From an uncultured Bacilli bacterium (GTDB lineage: Bacteria; Bacillota_I; Bacilli_A; RF39; UBA660): a stretch of 64,000 bases of DNA. The stretch spans positions 3,063 through 67,062 of the forward strand of contig CAKOND010000007.1 in assembly GCA_934096945.1 (NCBI GenBank), written 5' to 3'. Under the pieces are notes generated by a model that did no database searches, was not told the origin of the DNA, and saw only the letters and a program-made list of their open reading frames with translations. Both the position numbers and the translations under genes were made by a program. This document shows positions 18,417 to 27,614 of the stretch, piece after piece; within the stretch, counting starts at the first letter, position 1, and every line of letters starts with the position of its first letter.

Positions 18417-20051
18417 ATGAGTAAAATAAAGATTTTTGGTTTGGGAGGACTTTCTGAAAGCGGAAAGAATTCTTATGTAGTTGAAGTAGATGATGAAATA
18501 TACGTTTTTGACGCGGGAATAAAATTTGCAAGTGGAAATTTATTGGGAATAGACTACATTATGCCTGATTTTAGCTATCTTGTTAAAAATAAAAAAAGAA
18601 TTAAAGGACTGTTTATAACCCATGGTCATCCCGAAAATATGGGAGCTGTTCGTGACCTTTTAAAAGATATTTCATCATTAAAGGTATATGCCACAAAATA
18701 TACTAAATTTGAACTTATGGAAGATGGCGTAAATGAAAATAATATTGAATTAATTAAGCCACACAAGAAAATTAATTTTGGTAATGTTTCTATATTTCCA
18801 ATTTCTGTTTCACATTCTGTACCAGATGCAGTAATGTATGTAGTAAATACTAAAGATGGTGCAATTTGTTATACTGGAGATTTCATTATTGATCCAAGTA
18901 TGCAAGAATCTTATGACATGGACATAGGTAAAATTGCTTATATTGGTAAACAAGGAGTACTTTGTTTATTATGTGAGTCTTCTTTTGCAGAAAAAAATGG
19001 CCATACGTCCCCAAAGCATAGATTGGTAAACTTTTTTGCGGATGTTATAAAGCATCATGATAAAAGAATAATCTTTTCTGTATTGCCAACACATTTATAT
19101 ACAATATCTGAAATATTTGAAGCTGCATCAAATTCTCATCGTAAGATGGTTTTAATGGGAAAAAGACTTCAAAATGTATTAAACTTTGCAAGTAAAGAAG
19201 GATACATGCACTATAATGAAGAATTGCTAGGTGATTTGTCAAATATTAATGATGACAATGCTATTCTTTTAGTGATGGATGATCGTACAACTCCTTATGC
19301 AAATATGAATAAAATACTTAATGGTTATGATAAATTTATTACATTAAAGCCAACAGACACAATCGTTTTTGCAGAACCACGCTATGATAGTACCGAAAAA
19401 GTTTTAGTAAAACTTCAAAATGAACTTTCTAAATTTGGTTGTAGTATTGAAACTATAGATAAAGAAAAAGAAATATTACATCATGCATCACGCGAAGATT
19501 TAATGCTTATGATTAAGTTAATAAATCCAAAATTCTATATGCCAGTAAAAGGCGAATATCGTTACATGGTAAATAATGCTAATCTAGCAAGTAACTTAGG
19601 AATTCCAGATAGTAACATTTTACTTAAACAAAACGGTGATGTCGTAACATTTGAAAATGGTAAACTAGTTGATAATTTTGCTAGAATTAAAGTAGATGAT
19701 GTCTTAATAGATGGAACTAGTAATGATGATATCGGTGATTTAGTTATCAAAGATAGAGAAATGCTTTCGGAAAATGGTATAGTATTAATAAGTGCCACAG
19801 TTGATAAGAAAGATAAAGTTTTACTGGTGGGTCCAGAAGTTACAACCCGTGGATTTATTTATGTTAAAGACTCTGCTGATATGATTAAAGAAATAAAAGT
19901 TATTTGTGAAGCTATAATAAATAGAAATATCACACCAAAATACATAGACTTTAACCAAATAAAGGTTGAAATAAGAGAAGAGTTAAGTAGATATTTATAT
20001 GAACAAACAGAATGCAAACCGATGATAATAGCTGTTGTTCAAGAAGTATAA
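18417..20051 (+). CDS. rnj: Ribonuclease J (beta-CASP metallo-beta-lactamase family) with a degenerate motif II
   Basis: Collinear with RNase J1 (FGLGGLSESGKNSYVVE, GIDYIMPDFSYLVKN, YTGDFIID). HGHEDHIG is replaced by HGHPENMG, and PVHGEYR by PVKGEYR. Confidence 0.85.
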   Translation: MSKIKIFGLGGLSESGKNSYVVEVDDEIYVFDAGIKFASGNLLGIDYIMPDFSYLVKNKKRIKGLFITHGHPENMGAVRDLLKDISSLKVYATKYTKFELMEDGVNENNIELIKPHKKINFGNVSIFPISVSHSVPDAVMYVVNTKDGAICYTGDFIIDPSMQESYDMDIGKIAYIGKQGVLCLLCESSFAEKNGHTSPKHRLVNFFADVIKHHDKRIIFSVLPTHLYTISEIFEAASNSHRKMVLMGKRLQNVLNFASKEGYMHYNEELLGDLSNINDDNAILLVMDDRTTPYANMNKILNGYDKFITLKPTDTIVFAEPRYDSTEKVLVKLQNELSKFGCSIETIDKEKEILHHASREDLMLMIKLINPKFYMPVKGEYRYMVNNANLASNLGIPDSNILLKQNGDVVTFENGKLVDNFARIKVDDVLIDGTSNDDIGDLVIKDREMLSENGIVLISATVDKKDKVLLVGPEVTTRGFIYVKDSADMIKEIKVICEAIINRNITPKYIDFNQIKVEIREELSRYLYEQTECKPMIIAVVQEV

Positions 20052-20059
20052 TTTAAAAA

Positions 20060-20092
20060 AAATCACTCATACTATAAATGGGTGATTTTTAA
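20060..20092 (+). terminator. Probable terminator after rnj
   Basis: ATCACTCAT / ATGGGTGAT stem (one G-U pair) followed by TTTT. Confidence 0.45.
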
Positions 20093-20509
20093 ATGGACGA
20101 TGTAAAAGCTTTAAATGAACTATATAAAATAGTTGCCATGGGAATAATAGGAATTGACGAAGTAAAAGGAAATATTGATGATAAAACATTAGCTAAAACA
20201 TTGAGTGATGCCAAGAAAAAATATATGGTAAACAAGATGGATATTACAAATATGTTAAAAGAACTTGGTGAAAAGCCAGCTAAAGTAAGCGTTATAGCCA
20301 AAACATTTAGTGAACTTTATACGGGAATTGAATTAATAAAATGTGATGATGCTAAAATTGCTAAAATGTTAATCGAAGGAACTAACAAAGGTATTATCAA
20401 AGTTGAAGAAATATTAAACTCTGACATGGATAAAAAAGTAACTAAACTGGCCGAAGAACTTTTAGAACTTCTTGAATTTCAAATAAAATCTTGGAAACCA
20501 TATCTATAA
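20093..20509 (+). CDS. Hypothetical helical protein (138 aa)
   Basis: ORF with coherent composition. No motif recognised. Confidence 0.5.
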   Translation: MDDVKALNELYKIVAMGIIGIDEVKGNIDDKTLAKTLSDAKKKYMVNKMDITNMLKELGEKPAKVSVIAKTFSELYTGIELIKCDDAKIAKMLIEGTNKGIIKVEEILNSDMDKKVTKLAEELLELLEFQIKSWKPYL

Positions 20510-20517
20510 TAGAACTC

Positions 20518-20546
20518 TTGACAACAGCATAAAAAAGTTATATTAT
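20518..20546 (+). promoter_or_regulatory. Sigma-A-type promoter
   Basis: TTGACA, 17 nt, TATTAT upstream of the 20573 gene. Confidence 0.55.
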
Positions 20547-20572
20547 ATCTAGGCATCCGAGGAATTGAGAAT

Positions 20573-21139
20573 ATGAAAAATAGTGTAGAAAATGATAAAA
20601 TAAAACAAGAATTAGATGAAGTAATGCTAGATTTAGAAAATAAGCAAACAATTCTAAAAATTAAATTACTTGAAACAGACTTTAAACTAGATACAGCTAA
20701 AGATAAACTGAAAAACCTAAGTAATTTATCAGTTGATTTGCATACAAAAAAAGATGATAGTGTAACAGATTTTACTATAAGTACGATTATTTTACTATGT
20801 GTTATTCTAATTTTTAGTATAGTACCAATTAATCTAATATTTTATTTGTTTGTTGCTGCATATATTTATAAAATTCCCAAATACATACGGTTATATAAAA
20901 TAATTACCAAAAAAGAACTAGAAATATTAGAAAAACAAAAAGCCCTAGCAAAAGAAAAAATTGAAGAATTATCAACAGATAAAAAGCATCTTGAAGAAGA
21001 ACTAAGAAGGATTTATTTATCATATGAAAACACTTCAGTAAAAAAAGAAATTTTAGAAGAAATGAGCATATATTGTAAGCAAGTTCCTCAAGACCAAAAA
21101 GATTTTCAAAGAAAAAGAATAAATAAAAAAGTCATTTAA
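20573..21139 (+). CDS. Coiled-coil membrane protein, hypothetical
   Basis: Central TM hairpin (ISTIILLCVILIFSIVPINLIFYLFVAAYIY) flanked by heptad-like charged helices. Confidence 0.55.
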   Translation: MKNSVENDKIKQELDEVMLDLENKQTILKIKLLETDFKLDTAKDKLKNLSNLSVDLHTKKDDSVTDFTISTIILLCVILIFSIVPINLIFYLFVAAYIYKIPKYIRLYKIITKKELEILEKQKALAKEKIEELSTDKKHLEEELRRIYLSYENTSVKKEILEEMSIYCKQVPQDQKDFQRKRINKKVI

Positions 21140-21168
21140 AAGATAAAAAAATTATTTTATCTTTTTTC
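21139..21168 (+). terminator. Intrinsic terminator
   Basis: AAAGATAAAA / TTTTATCTTT stem followed by a T-tract. Confidence 0.55.
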
Positions 21169-21205
21169 TTATTGTGGTATAATTTTCTTGAAAGGTAGGT
21201 ATTTT

Positions 21206-21883
21206 ATGGAAATAATTTATAAATATTTTTTATATTTCATAATATATTCATTTTTAGGATGGTTCATGGAAGTATGTGTTTCATTATGGAATAAGCATAA
21301 ATTTATAAATAGAGGATTCTTAATAGGACCTTACTGTCCAATATATGGATGGGGATGCTTAGCAATTATATTAGTTGTAGGGAATAACACTAGTGACATT
21401 CTCGGAGTATTTTTAAAATCAATTTTAATTTGCTCATTACTTGAATATTTTACAAGTTATTTCATGGAAAAAATATATAATGTTAGATGGTGGGATTATT
21501 CAAATAAAAGGTTTAATATAAACGGTAGAATTTGTTTGGAAACAATGATACCTTTTGGCTTACTAGCATCACTCATTATTTATGTTTTGCATCCTGCCGT
21601 AATTAAACTTGTAAATTTATTATCTTCAGCATCTTTAATGGTAGTGGCAATAATTTTATTTATAATCTATTTAGTAGATAACATTATATCAACCTATATT
21701 TTATTTAAAATAAAAGGTAAAATAAAAAATGAAAGAAAAGATAATACTGAAAAAATCAAGCAATATATTGAAAAATGGTTTCAAGATAATACAGTGCTTT
21801 ATCGTCGTATTAAAAATGCGTTTCCAAAATTTCAGGTATTTATCAAAGAACTAGATATACGTAAGAAAAATAATAAAAATTAA
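21206..21883 (+). CDS. Putative ABC-transporter type IV / CmpB-like (PF06541-like) membrane protein
   Basis: The N-terminus YFLYFIIYSFLGWFMEV...NRGFLIGPYCPIYGWG is characteristic of this family. Multi-TM. Confidence 0.6.
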   Translation: MEIIYKYFLYFIIYSFLGWFMEVCVSLWNKHKFINRGFLIGPYCPIYGWGCLAIILVVGNNTSDILGVFLKSILICSLLEYFTSYFMEKIYNVRWWDYSNKRFNINGRICLETMIPFGLLASLIIYVLHPAVIKLVNLLSSASLMVVAIILFIIYLVDNIISTYILFKIKGKIKNERKDNTEKIKQYIEKWFQDNTVLYRRIKNAFPKFQVFIKELDIRKKNNKN

Positions 21884-21884
21884 C

Positions 21885-21914
21885 AAAAAAGATAGATTAA
21901 TCTATCTTTTTTTT
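21885..21914 (+). terminator. Intrinsic terminator
   Basis: AAAAGATAGA / TCTATCTTTT stem plus a T-tract. It is followed by a TGTATAAT extended -10 for ackA. Confidence 0.65.
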
Positions 21915-21940
21915 GTATAATAGAAGAAGAGGTGAAAGAA

Positions 21941-23128
21941 ATGAAAATATTAGCAGTAAATGCAGGTAGTTCATCATTAAAATTCACATTAATTGAATTA
22001 CCAGAAAAAAATGTCGTAGCAAGTGGATTATTTGAAAAAATCGGAATTAACGGTTCTTGTTATACAATTAAATATAATGGGGAAAAAATAACAAAAGAAG
22101 TAGATTTAAAAGATCATTCAGTTGCTGTACAAATATTAATGGATGAACTTATAAACATGGGAATAATAAGCTCATTAGATGAAATTGAAGGCGTAGGACA
22201 TCGTATGGTTCACGGTGGACAAGAATTCACAGAATCAGTAGTTTTAACAAAAGATGTTTTAGAAAGAGTATCAAAATATAATGAACTTGCACCGCTTCAT
22301 AATCCAGCTAACATAATGGGTGTTGAAGCTTTTATGAAAGCTTTACCAAATACTATTCAAGTTGGTGTATTTGATACAGCGTTTCATACAACAATGAAAG
22401 AAACTGAATATCTATATCCAGTACCATATGAATGGTATGAAAACTATGGTGTTAGAAAGTATGGCTTCCATGGTACAAGTCATAGATTTATTAATAAAAC
22501 TATCAGTGAATATTTTGGCAGAAATGACTTAAAAGTAATTTCTTGTCACATTGGTAATGGTGGATCTATCACAGCAATAGATTCAGGAAAAGTTGTTGAT
22601 ACATCAATGGGATTTACTCCACTTGCAGGTATCATGATGGGAACTCGTAGTGGTGATATAGATGCATCAATGTTGTCATACTTAGCTGGAAAAACTGGTA
22701 AAACACTTGAAGAACTTACAAATGACTTAAATAAGAAAAGTGGACTTTTAGGTGTAAGTGGCGTAAGTAGTGATTCAAGAGATGTTGAAAATGCTGCAAA
22801 AGAAGGAAATGAAAGAGCAATATTAGCCCAAGAAATGTATGCTAAAAAGATAGCTAATTATATAGCAATGTATAACAATTTACTTGGGGGAGCAGATGTT
22901 ATCACACTAACTGCAGGTGTTGGTGAAAATAGCAAAACAATGCGTAAATCAATTATTGAAAAAATAGCATCTTTAGGTGTAAAAATCGATGATGAAAGAA
23001 ATGATTTCCGTGGAGAATTCCGTCTTATATCAACAGATGACTCAAAAATTCCAGTATATGTTGTTCCAACAGATGAAGAATTAATGATTGCTATGGACAC
23101 AATGGAATTAAAGAACAAAAATAACTAA
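21941..23128 (+). CDS. ackA: Acetate kinase
   Basis: MKILAVNAGSSSLKF, HRMVHGG and FHGTSH motifs. GAGGTGA RBS before the ATG at 21941. Confidence 0.95.
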   Translation: MKILAVNAGSSSLKFTLIELPEKNVVASGLFEKIGINGSCYTIKYNGEKITKEVDLKDHSVAVQILMDELINMGIISSLDEIEGVGHRMVHGGQEFTESVVLTKDVLERVSKYNELAPLHNPANIMGVEAFMKALPNTIQVGVFDTAFHTTMKETEYLYPVPYEWYENYGVRKYGFHGTSHRFINKTISEYFGRNDLKVISCHIGNGGSITAIDSGKVVDTSMGFTPLAGIMMGTRSGDIDASMLSYLAGKTGKTLEELTNDLNKKSGLLGVSGVSSDSRDVENAAKEGNERAILAQEMYAKKIANYIAMYNNLLGGADVITLTAGVGENSKTMRKSIIEKIASLGVKIDDERNDFRGEFRLISTDDSKIPVYVVPTDEELMIAMDTMELKNKNN

Positions 23129-23145
23129 TTAGAAAGAGTGATAAA

Positions 23146-24111
23146 ATGAAGGAAATGTACAAAAAAATAATTAAAATAATCAAAAAATATGACAAAATAG
23201 TATTAGCTCGTCATATTAGTCCGGATCCAGATGCTATAGCTAGTGAGATAGCACTAAGAGATTCTATTAAATTAACATTTCCGAATAAAGAAGTATATGC
23301 AGTTGGCGCCGGAGTACATAAATTTAAATATTTAGGTGCTCTTGACAAACCTGACTTAAGTATATTAGAAAATTCATTATTAATAGTTTTAGATGTTCCA
23401 AATTTTTGCAGAGTAGATGGCATAAATGGTTTAGAATATAGTGCAATTTTAAAAATTGATCATCATCCTGCTGAAGATATTATCGGTGATGTTGATTGGA
23501 CAGATTCAACTAAATCAAGTACTTGTGAGATGATTGCTGAACTTCTTCTAAATAGCCCACTAGCAATGGACACTAAAATTGCTGAAGATTTATACGTAGG
23601 CATGGTTTTTGACAGTGATAGATTTTTACTACCTAACACGAGTGCTGAAACATTAAAAACAGCATATGAACTTGTTAAAACAAGTAATATCAATTTTGTA
23701 AATCTATATGACAATCTATATGAAAGAAGTATAAACGAAGAAAAGTTTCGTGCATATTTAATAAATAATATTGAAATAACTGAAAATAAATTTGGTTTTA
23801 TCTTTGTACCAAGTGAAGACTTAAAAAAATATAATGTTGAAACAACAAGTGTTTCAAATCAAGTTAATGACTTTTATTTCATTAAAGAACTTATGTGTTG
23901 GATGTTTGTAGTTTATGATGAAAGAAATGATATTTATAAAGCAAACATTCGAAGTCGTGGGCCATTTATCAATGAAGTAGCTGCAAAATATAATGGGGGA
24001 GGACATAAATTTGCATCAGGATGTAGAACTAGTGATTACAAAGTAATTGAAGCTTTAGCTAAAGACTTAGATGCAACATGTAAAGCATATAATGATGAAG
24101 AAAATATCTAA
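23146..24111 (+). CDS. nrnA: DHH-family phosphoesterase, NrnA-type oligoribonuclease / pAp phosphatase
   Basis: DHH motifs (HISPDPDAIAS, DHHP) and the DHHA1 GGGH motif (GGGHKFASG). Confidence 0.8.
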   Translation: MKEMYKKIIKIIKKYDKIVLARHISPDPDAIASEIALRDSIKLTFPNKEVYAVGAGVHKFKYLGALDKPDLSILENSLLIVLDVPNFCRVDGINGLEYSAILKIDHHPAEDIIGDVDWTDSTKSSTCEMIAELLLNSPLAMDTKIAEDLYVGMVFDSDRFLLPNTSAETLKTAYELVKTSNINFVNLYDNLYERSINEEKFRAYLINNIEITENKFGFIFVPSEDLKKYNVETTSVSNQVNDFYFIKELMCWMFVVYDERNDIYKANIRSRGPFINEVAAKYNGGGHKFASGCRTSDYKVIEALAKDLDATCKAYNDEENI

Positions 24112-24859
24112 TATAAAAAAGAAAAATAACAAATATATAATAACTCTAGGTGACAATACTCAGCTAGAGTTTTATAGTGATACACTAATTAAATATAATC
24201 TATTAAAACCTAGAGAACTAAGAGATTCAGAACTAAAAGAAATAATTAATTATAATAATTATTATGAGGCATTTAACAAGTCTTTAAAACTAATAGAGAC
24301 TAAACAAAGGACAAAAAAGGAACTTAAAGATAAATTAAGAGGTTATTCACCAGATATAATAGATAAAGTTACTAAAAAGTTAGAAGAACTTGGCTATTTA
24401 AATGAAGAAAGCTATATAAAAAGTTATATAAATGATCAAATAAATCTTGGAACTAAAGGTCCAAATTATATAAAACGAGAATTAGAGAAGTTAGATCTAA
24501 GCACGGATTTGATAAAAGAAACACTTGATGAAGTTGATAATAAAACATGGACAACTAAAATAGAAAAAATTATAAATAAAAAAATAAATACCAATAAGAA
24601 ATTAAGCAAAAACAATCTTCTTTTAAAAATAAAAAAAGATTTAATTAATCTGGGCTTTGATATAGACATGATTAATAATATTGTAAATAGTGTAGAAATT
24701 AAAGAAGATGACGAAACACTAGAAAAAGAATATCAAAAAGAATATAAGAAGCTAAGTAGAAAATATGAAGATAAAGAACTAGAAATAAAATTAAAATATA
24801 ATCTATATAAAAAAGGCTTTAATTTAAGTAATATAGAAAAAATGATTAATAAGTACTAG
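24092..24859 (+). CDS. recX: RecX-family regulatory protein
   Basis: Three-helix repeat layout with RTKKELKDKLRGYS, KLEELGYLNEESY and GPNYIKRELEKLDL. The start is chosen at MMKKISNIKKK and overlaps the nrnA stop. Confidence 0.7.
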   Translation: MMKKISNIKKKNNKYIITLGDNTQLEFYSDTLIKYNLLKPRELRDSELKEIINYNNYYEAFNKSLKLIETKQRTKKELKDKLRGYSPDIIDKVTKKLEELGYLNEESYIKSYINDQINLGTKGPNYIKRELEKLDLSTDLIKETLDEVDNKTWTTKIEKIINKKINTNKKLSKNNLLLKIKKDLINLGFDIDMINNIVNSVEIKEDDETLEKEYQKEYKKLSRKYEDKELEIKLKYNLYKKGFNLSNIEKMINKY

Positions 24860-24911
24860 ATTATCATAAAAAAAATTGATATAATATTCTTAACAAATGG
24901 GTGATGCGAAT

Positions 24912-25823
24912 ATGAAAAAAATTAAATATGTATTATTATTTTTAATATGTTTTGTTTTAAATTCTGGAGTGGTATTTGCTAATACGTGTTCAGTTAAATC
25001 AGAAATTACCGTAAAAAATCAAGATTACACTTTAGTAACAGACTTAAAAATGGATGAAGAAGATAAGAAGAGTATTTCCATGTCTGTTCAGGTATACGAT
25101 GAGTATATTAAGCAATATGTTACGTATGATGCCGAAGAAAAAGTTAGGGATGGTGAAGGTTTAACGTTATGTCCTGGTCCTTCGGATAACAGTTTTTGTG
25201 TAACCATATCAAATGATCAAATAGATGAATTATTTAAGCAAGAGGACTATCAAAAAGCACATCACACCTTTACTTGTCCGCAAAGCACATTCTCACTTGA
25301 AAAATTCAGTGATACCAGTTATAACCTAAAAATAGGTCCAAATGATAGTAGTGGCAGCGATGTTGATGGTTTACCAATAACTGCCATAAATTTTTGTAGC
25401 CCAGTAAGTGCAGATGGAACTCCAAACTATACATTACTTGTTTTTCAAGTTATTGGCTATATAATAATCATTATAAAAATATTAGTTCCAATAATTCTAA
25501 TTGTTTTAGGAAGTATTGATTTAGGAAAAGCTACAGTGTCGGGGGATGACAAAATAATTATGGAAAAAGCAGTTAAATTTGGAATGAGAGTTTTAACGGG
25601 TGTAATTATCTTCTTTATTCCAACAATTTTAGACTTTTTCTTAAGTCTAGTAAGCGGTGTCAGCGAAACCATGGCCAATTATAGGCCATGCACCAATTGT
25701 ATATTTTATCCAAATTCTAAGTGTAACGCTAGAAAGTTTAATTCTACAACACCCAATGACGATGGATCAAATAATAAAAATAACAAAGATAATATAAATA
25801 ACCCAACTGTAGAAATAAAATAA
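24912..25823 (+). CDS. Secreted Cys-containing protein with a C-terminal double-TM hairpin, hypothetical
   Basis: Signal peptide (KYVLLFLICFVLNSGVVFA), eight or more Cys, and two adjacent TM helices (IGYIIIIIKILVPIILIVLG / VLTGVIIFFIPTILDFFLSLV). Confidence 0.55.
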   Translation: MKKIKYVLLFLICFVLNSGVVFANTCSVKSEITVKNQDYTLVTDLKMDEEDKKSISMSVQVYDEYIKQYVTYDAEEKVRDGEGLTLCPGPSDNSFCVTISNDQIDELFKQEDYQKAHHTFTCPQSTFSLEKFSDTSYNLKIGPNDSSGSDVDGLPITAINFCSPVSADGTPNYTLLVFQVIGYIIIIIKILVPIILIVLGSIDLGKATVSGDDKIIMEKAVKFGMRVLTGVIIFFIPTILDFFLSLVSGVSETMANYRPCTNCIFYPNSKCNARKFNSTTPNDDGSNNKNNKDNINNPTVEIK

Positions 25824-25825
25824 AT

Positions 25826-25875
25826 AAAAAAAGGCCATTTTTTAGCATAAATTGCTAAATTTGGCTTTTTTTTAG
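25826..25875 (+). terminator. Intrinsic terminator
   Basis: Nested stem GCCA...TTAGCA/TGCTAA...TGGC followed by T8. Confidence 0.6.
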
Positions 25876-25885
25876 AAAAAAATTG

Positions 25886-25940
25886 TGTTATAATAAATCT
25901 ATCAGTTTTAAGTGGGCAGGAAATCCCACTTTTATTATTA
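25886..25940 (+). promoter_or_regulatory. Extended -10 promoter plus leader hairpin of the rimP-nusA-infB operon
   Basis: TGTTATAAT at 25886-25894. AAGTGGG / CCCACTT hairpin at 25910-25931 followed by TTTATTATT, a weak terminator-like element. Confidence 0.4.
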
Positions 25941-25957
25941 GTTATGGAGGTGTTTTG

Positions 25958-26209
25958 ATGCTAGTACTAGATAAACTTAAAATTGATTTACAAAAGGCTT
26001 TTGAAGAAACAGAAATAATTGTTGACGAGGTAACTTTTGAAGAAAAGGGAAAATATAAGTTTTTAACAGTGACTTTAGATAAAATTGGCGGCATTGATTT
26101 AGAAACGATAGTAGAAGCCACCAAAGTTGTAAATGAAGTAGTGGATAAAGCCAATATAACAGATGATAGCTACATATTAGATGTAGTAAGTAAAGAAAGA
26201 GGAGAGTAA
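25958..26209 (+). CDS. rimP: Ribosome maturation factor RimP, N-terminal domain only (83 aa)
   Basis: Position directly upstream of nusA. The sequence aligns with the RimP N-domain up to the SSPG-like site (YILDVVSKERGE), then stops. GGAGG RBS. Confidence 0.6.
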   Translation: MLVLDKLKIDLQKAFEETEIIVDEVTFEEKGKYKFLTVTLDKIGGIDLETIVEATKVVNEVVDKANITDDSYILDVVSKERGE

Positions 26210-26212
26210 AAA

Positions 26213-27340
26213 ATGAGTAAACAACAATCAAGTGGAAATGAATTAATTAAAGCATTAAATGTTTTAGTAGAAGAAAAAAACATAAGTCCAGATGTAGTTT
26301 TTGAAGCTTTACAATTAGCACTTCAAACTGCATACAAGAAAAATTTTAATTCCAAAACAAACGTTAGAGTAGATATCAATCGTGAAACTGGAGATATTAA
26401 AGTATATTCATACTATGTTGTAGTTCCTGAAATAAAGGAAGCTGAACTTGTCGAAGATGAAGAAGGAAACATAACAAGAGTTGAACCTGAAATTAATCGT
26501 GATGCTCAAATACTTTTGGAAGATGCTCAAAAGAAAGTACCAAATATTAAAGTAGGTGAAACAATTGAAGAAGAAGTAACTCCAAAAGATTTTGGTAGAG
26601 TAGCTGCAGGCACAGCAAAACAAGTTGTAATGCAAAAAATCAGAGAAGCAGAAAAAAATAGTGTAATTGAAGAATTTTCTGATAAACAAGATGAATTAAT
26701 GATTGGTATGGTGGCAATGGAAGACCAAAATAACTACTATATTGATTTAGGTAGAACCAGAGGAATACTTCCAAAAAGAGAAACAATACCTGGAGAACAA
26801 ATAGTAATGGGTTCAAATATTAAAGTATATGTTAGCAAAGTTGAAAGTGGACCAAAAGGACCAATCATCAAATTATCAAGAAATAATTATGGATTTGTTA
26901 AAAGATTATTTGAACATGAAATACCTGAAGTTGCAAATGGAACAATTGTTATTGCTGGTGTTGCTAGAGAACCTGGTATAAGAACAAAAGTAGCTTTATA
27001 TTCAGTTAATGATAGAATTGATGCTATAGGTTCATGTATCGGTGAACGTGGTTCAAGAATAGCTGGTATTTTAAGAGAACTAAAAGGTGAAAAAGTAGAT
27101 TTAGTTTTATATAGTGAAGATGCTGCAGAATATATTAAAAATGCTATGACACCAGCCAAAGATGTAATAGTATCAATACCAGATGCTGAAGTTAGAAATG
27201 CTTTAGTTATTGTGGGTAGTGATAACTTATCAGCGGCCATAGGTAAAAAGGGAAGCAATATTAAATTAGCTAGTAAATTAACCAAATATCATTTAGAAAT
27301 TAAGACTATGGAAGAAATTCAACAAGCTGGTAACAAATAA
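26213..27340 (+). CDS. nusA: Transcription termination/antitermination factor NusA
   Basis: S1 and KH domain strings (GRVAAGTAKQVVMQKIREAE, IGERGSRI, AIGKKGSNIKLASKL). Confidence 0.95.
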   Translation: MSKQQSSGNELIKALNVLVEEKNISPDVVFEALQLALQTAYKKNFNSKTNVRVDINRETGDIKVYSYYVVVPEIKEAELVEDEEGNITRVEPEINRDAQILLEDAQKKVPNIKVGETIEEEVTPKDFGRVAAGTAKQVVMQKIREAEKNSVIEEFSDKQDELMIGMVAMEDQNNYYIDLGRTRGILPKRETIPGEQIVMGSNIKVYVSKVESGPKGPIIKLSRNNYGFVKRLFEHEIPEVANGTIVIAGVAREPGIRTKVALYSVNDRIDAIGSCIGERGSRIAGILRELKGEKVDLVLYSEDAAEYIKNAMTPAKDVIVSIPDAEVRNALVIVGSDNLSAAIGKKGSNIKLASKLTKYHLEIKTMEEIQQAGNK

Positions 27341-27597
27341 TGAAAAAAGTGCCAATGCGTTCTTGCATCATTACTAAAGAAAAACTACCAAAAAAAGAAT
27401 TAATTAGAGTTGTTAGAACTCCCGAAGGAGAAATAGTAATTGATGAAATAGGTAAAGCAAATGGTCGTGGAGCTTATTTAAAAAAAGATATTGAGGTTAT
27501 AAAAAAAGCTAAAAATAATAAAGTATTAAATAGAGTACTTGACGTAGAAGTACCTGAATCTATTTATGAAAAACTAGAAATAATAGTACAAAAATAA
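27340..27597 (+). CDS. ylxR: YlxR/RnpM (DUF448) RNA-binding protein
   Basis: PMRSCIITKEKLPKKELIRVV...GRGAYL signature. Operon position between nusA and infB. Confidence 0.85.
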   Translation: MKKVPMRSCIITKEKLPKKELIRVVRTPEGEIVIDEIGKANGRGAYLKKDIEVIKKAKNNKVLNRVLDVEVPESIYEKLEIIVQK

Positions 27598-27614
27598 CGA
27601 AAGGTTGTGATTAA

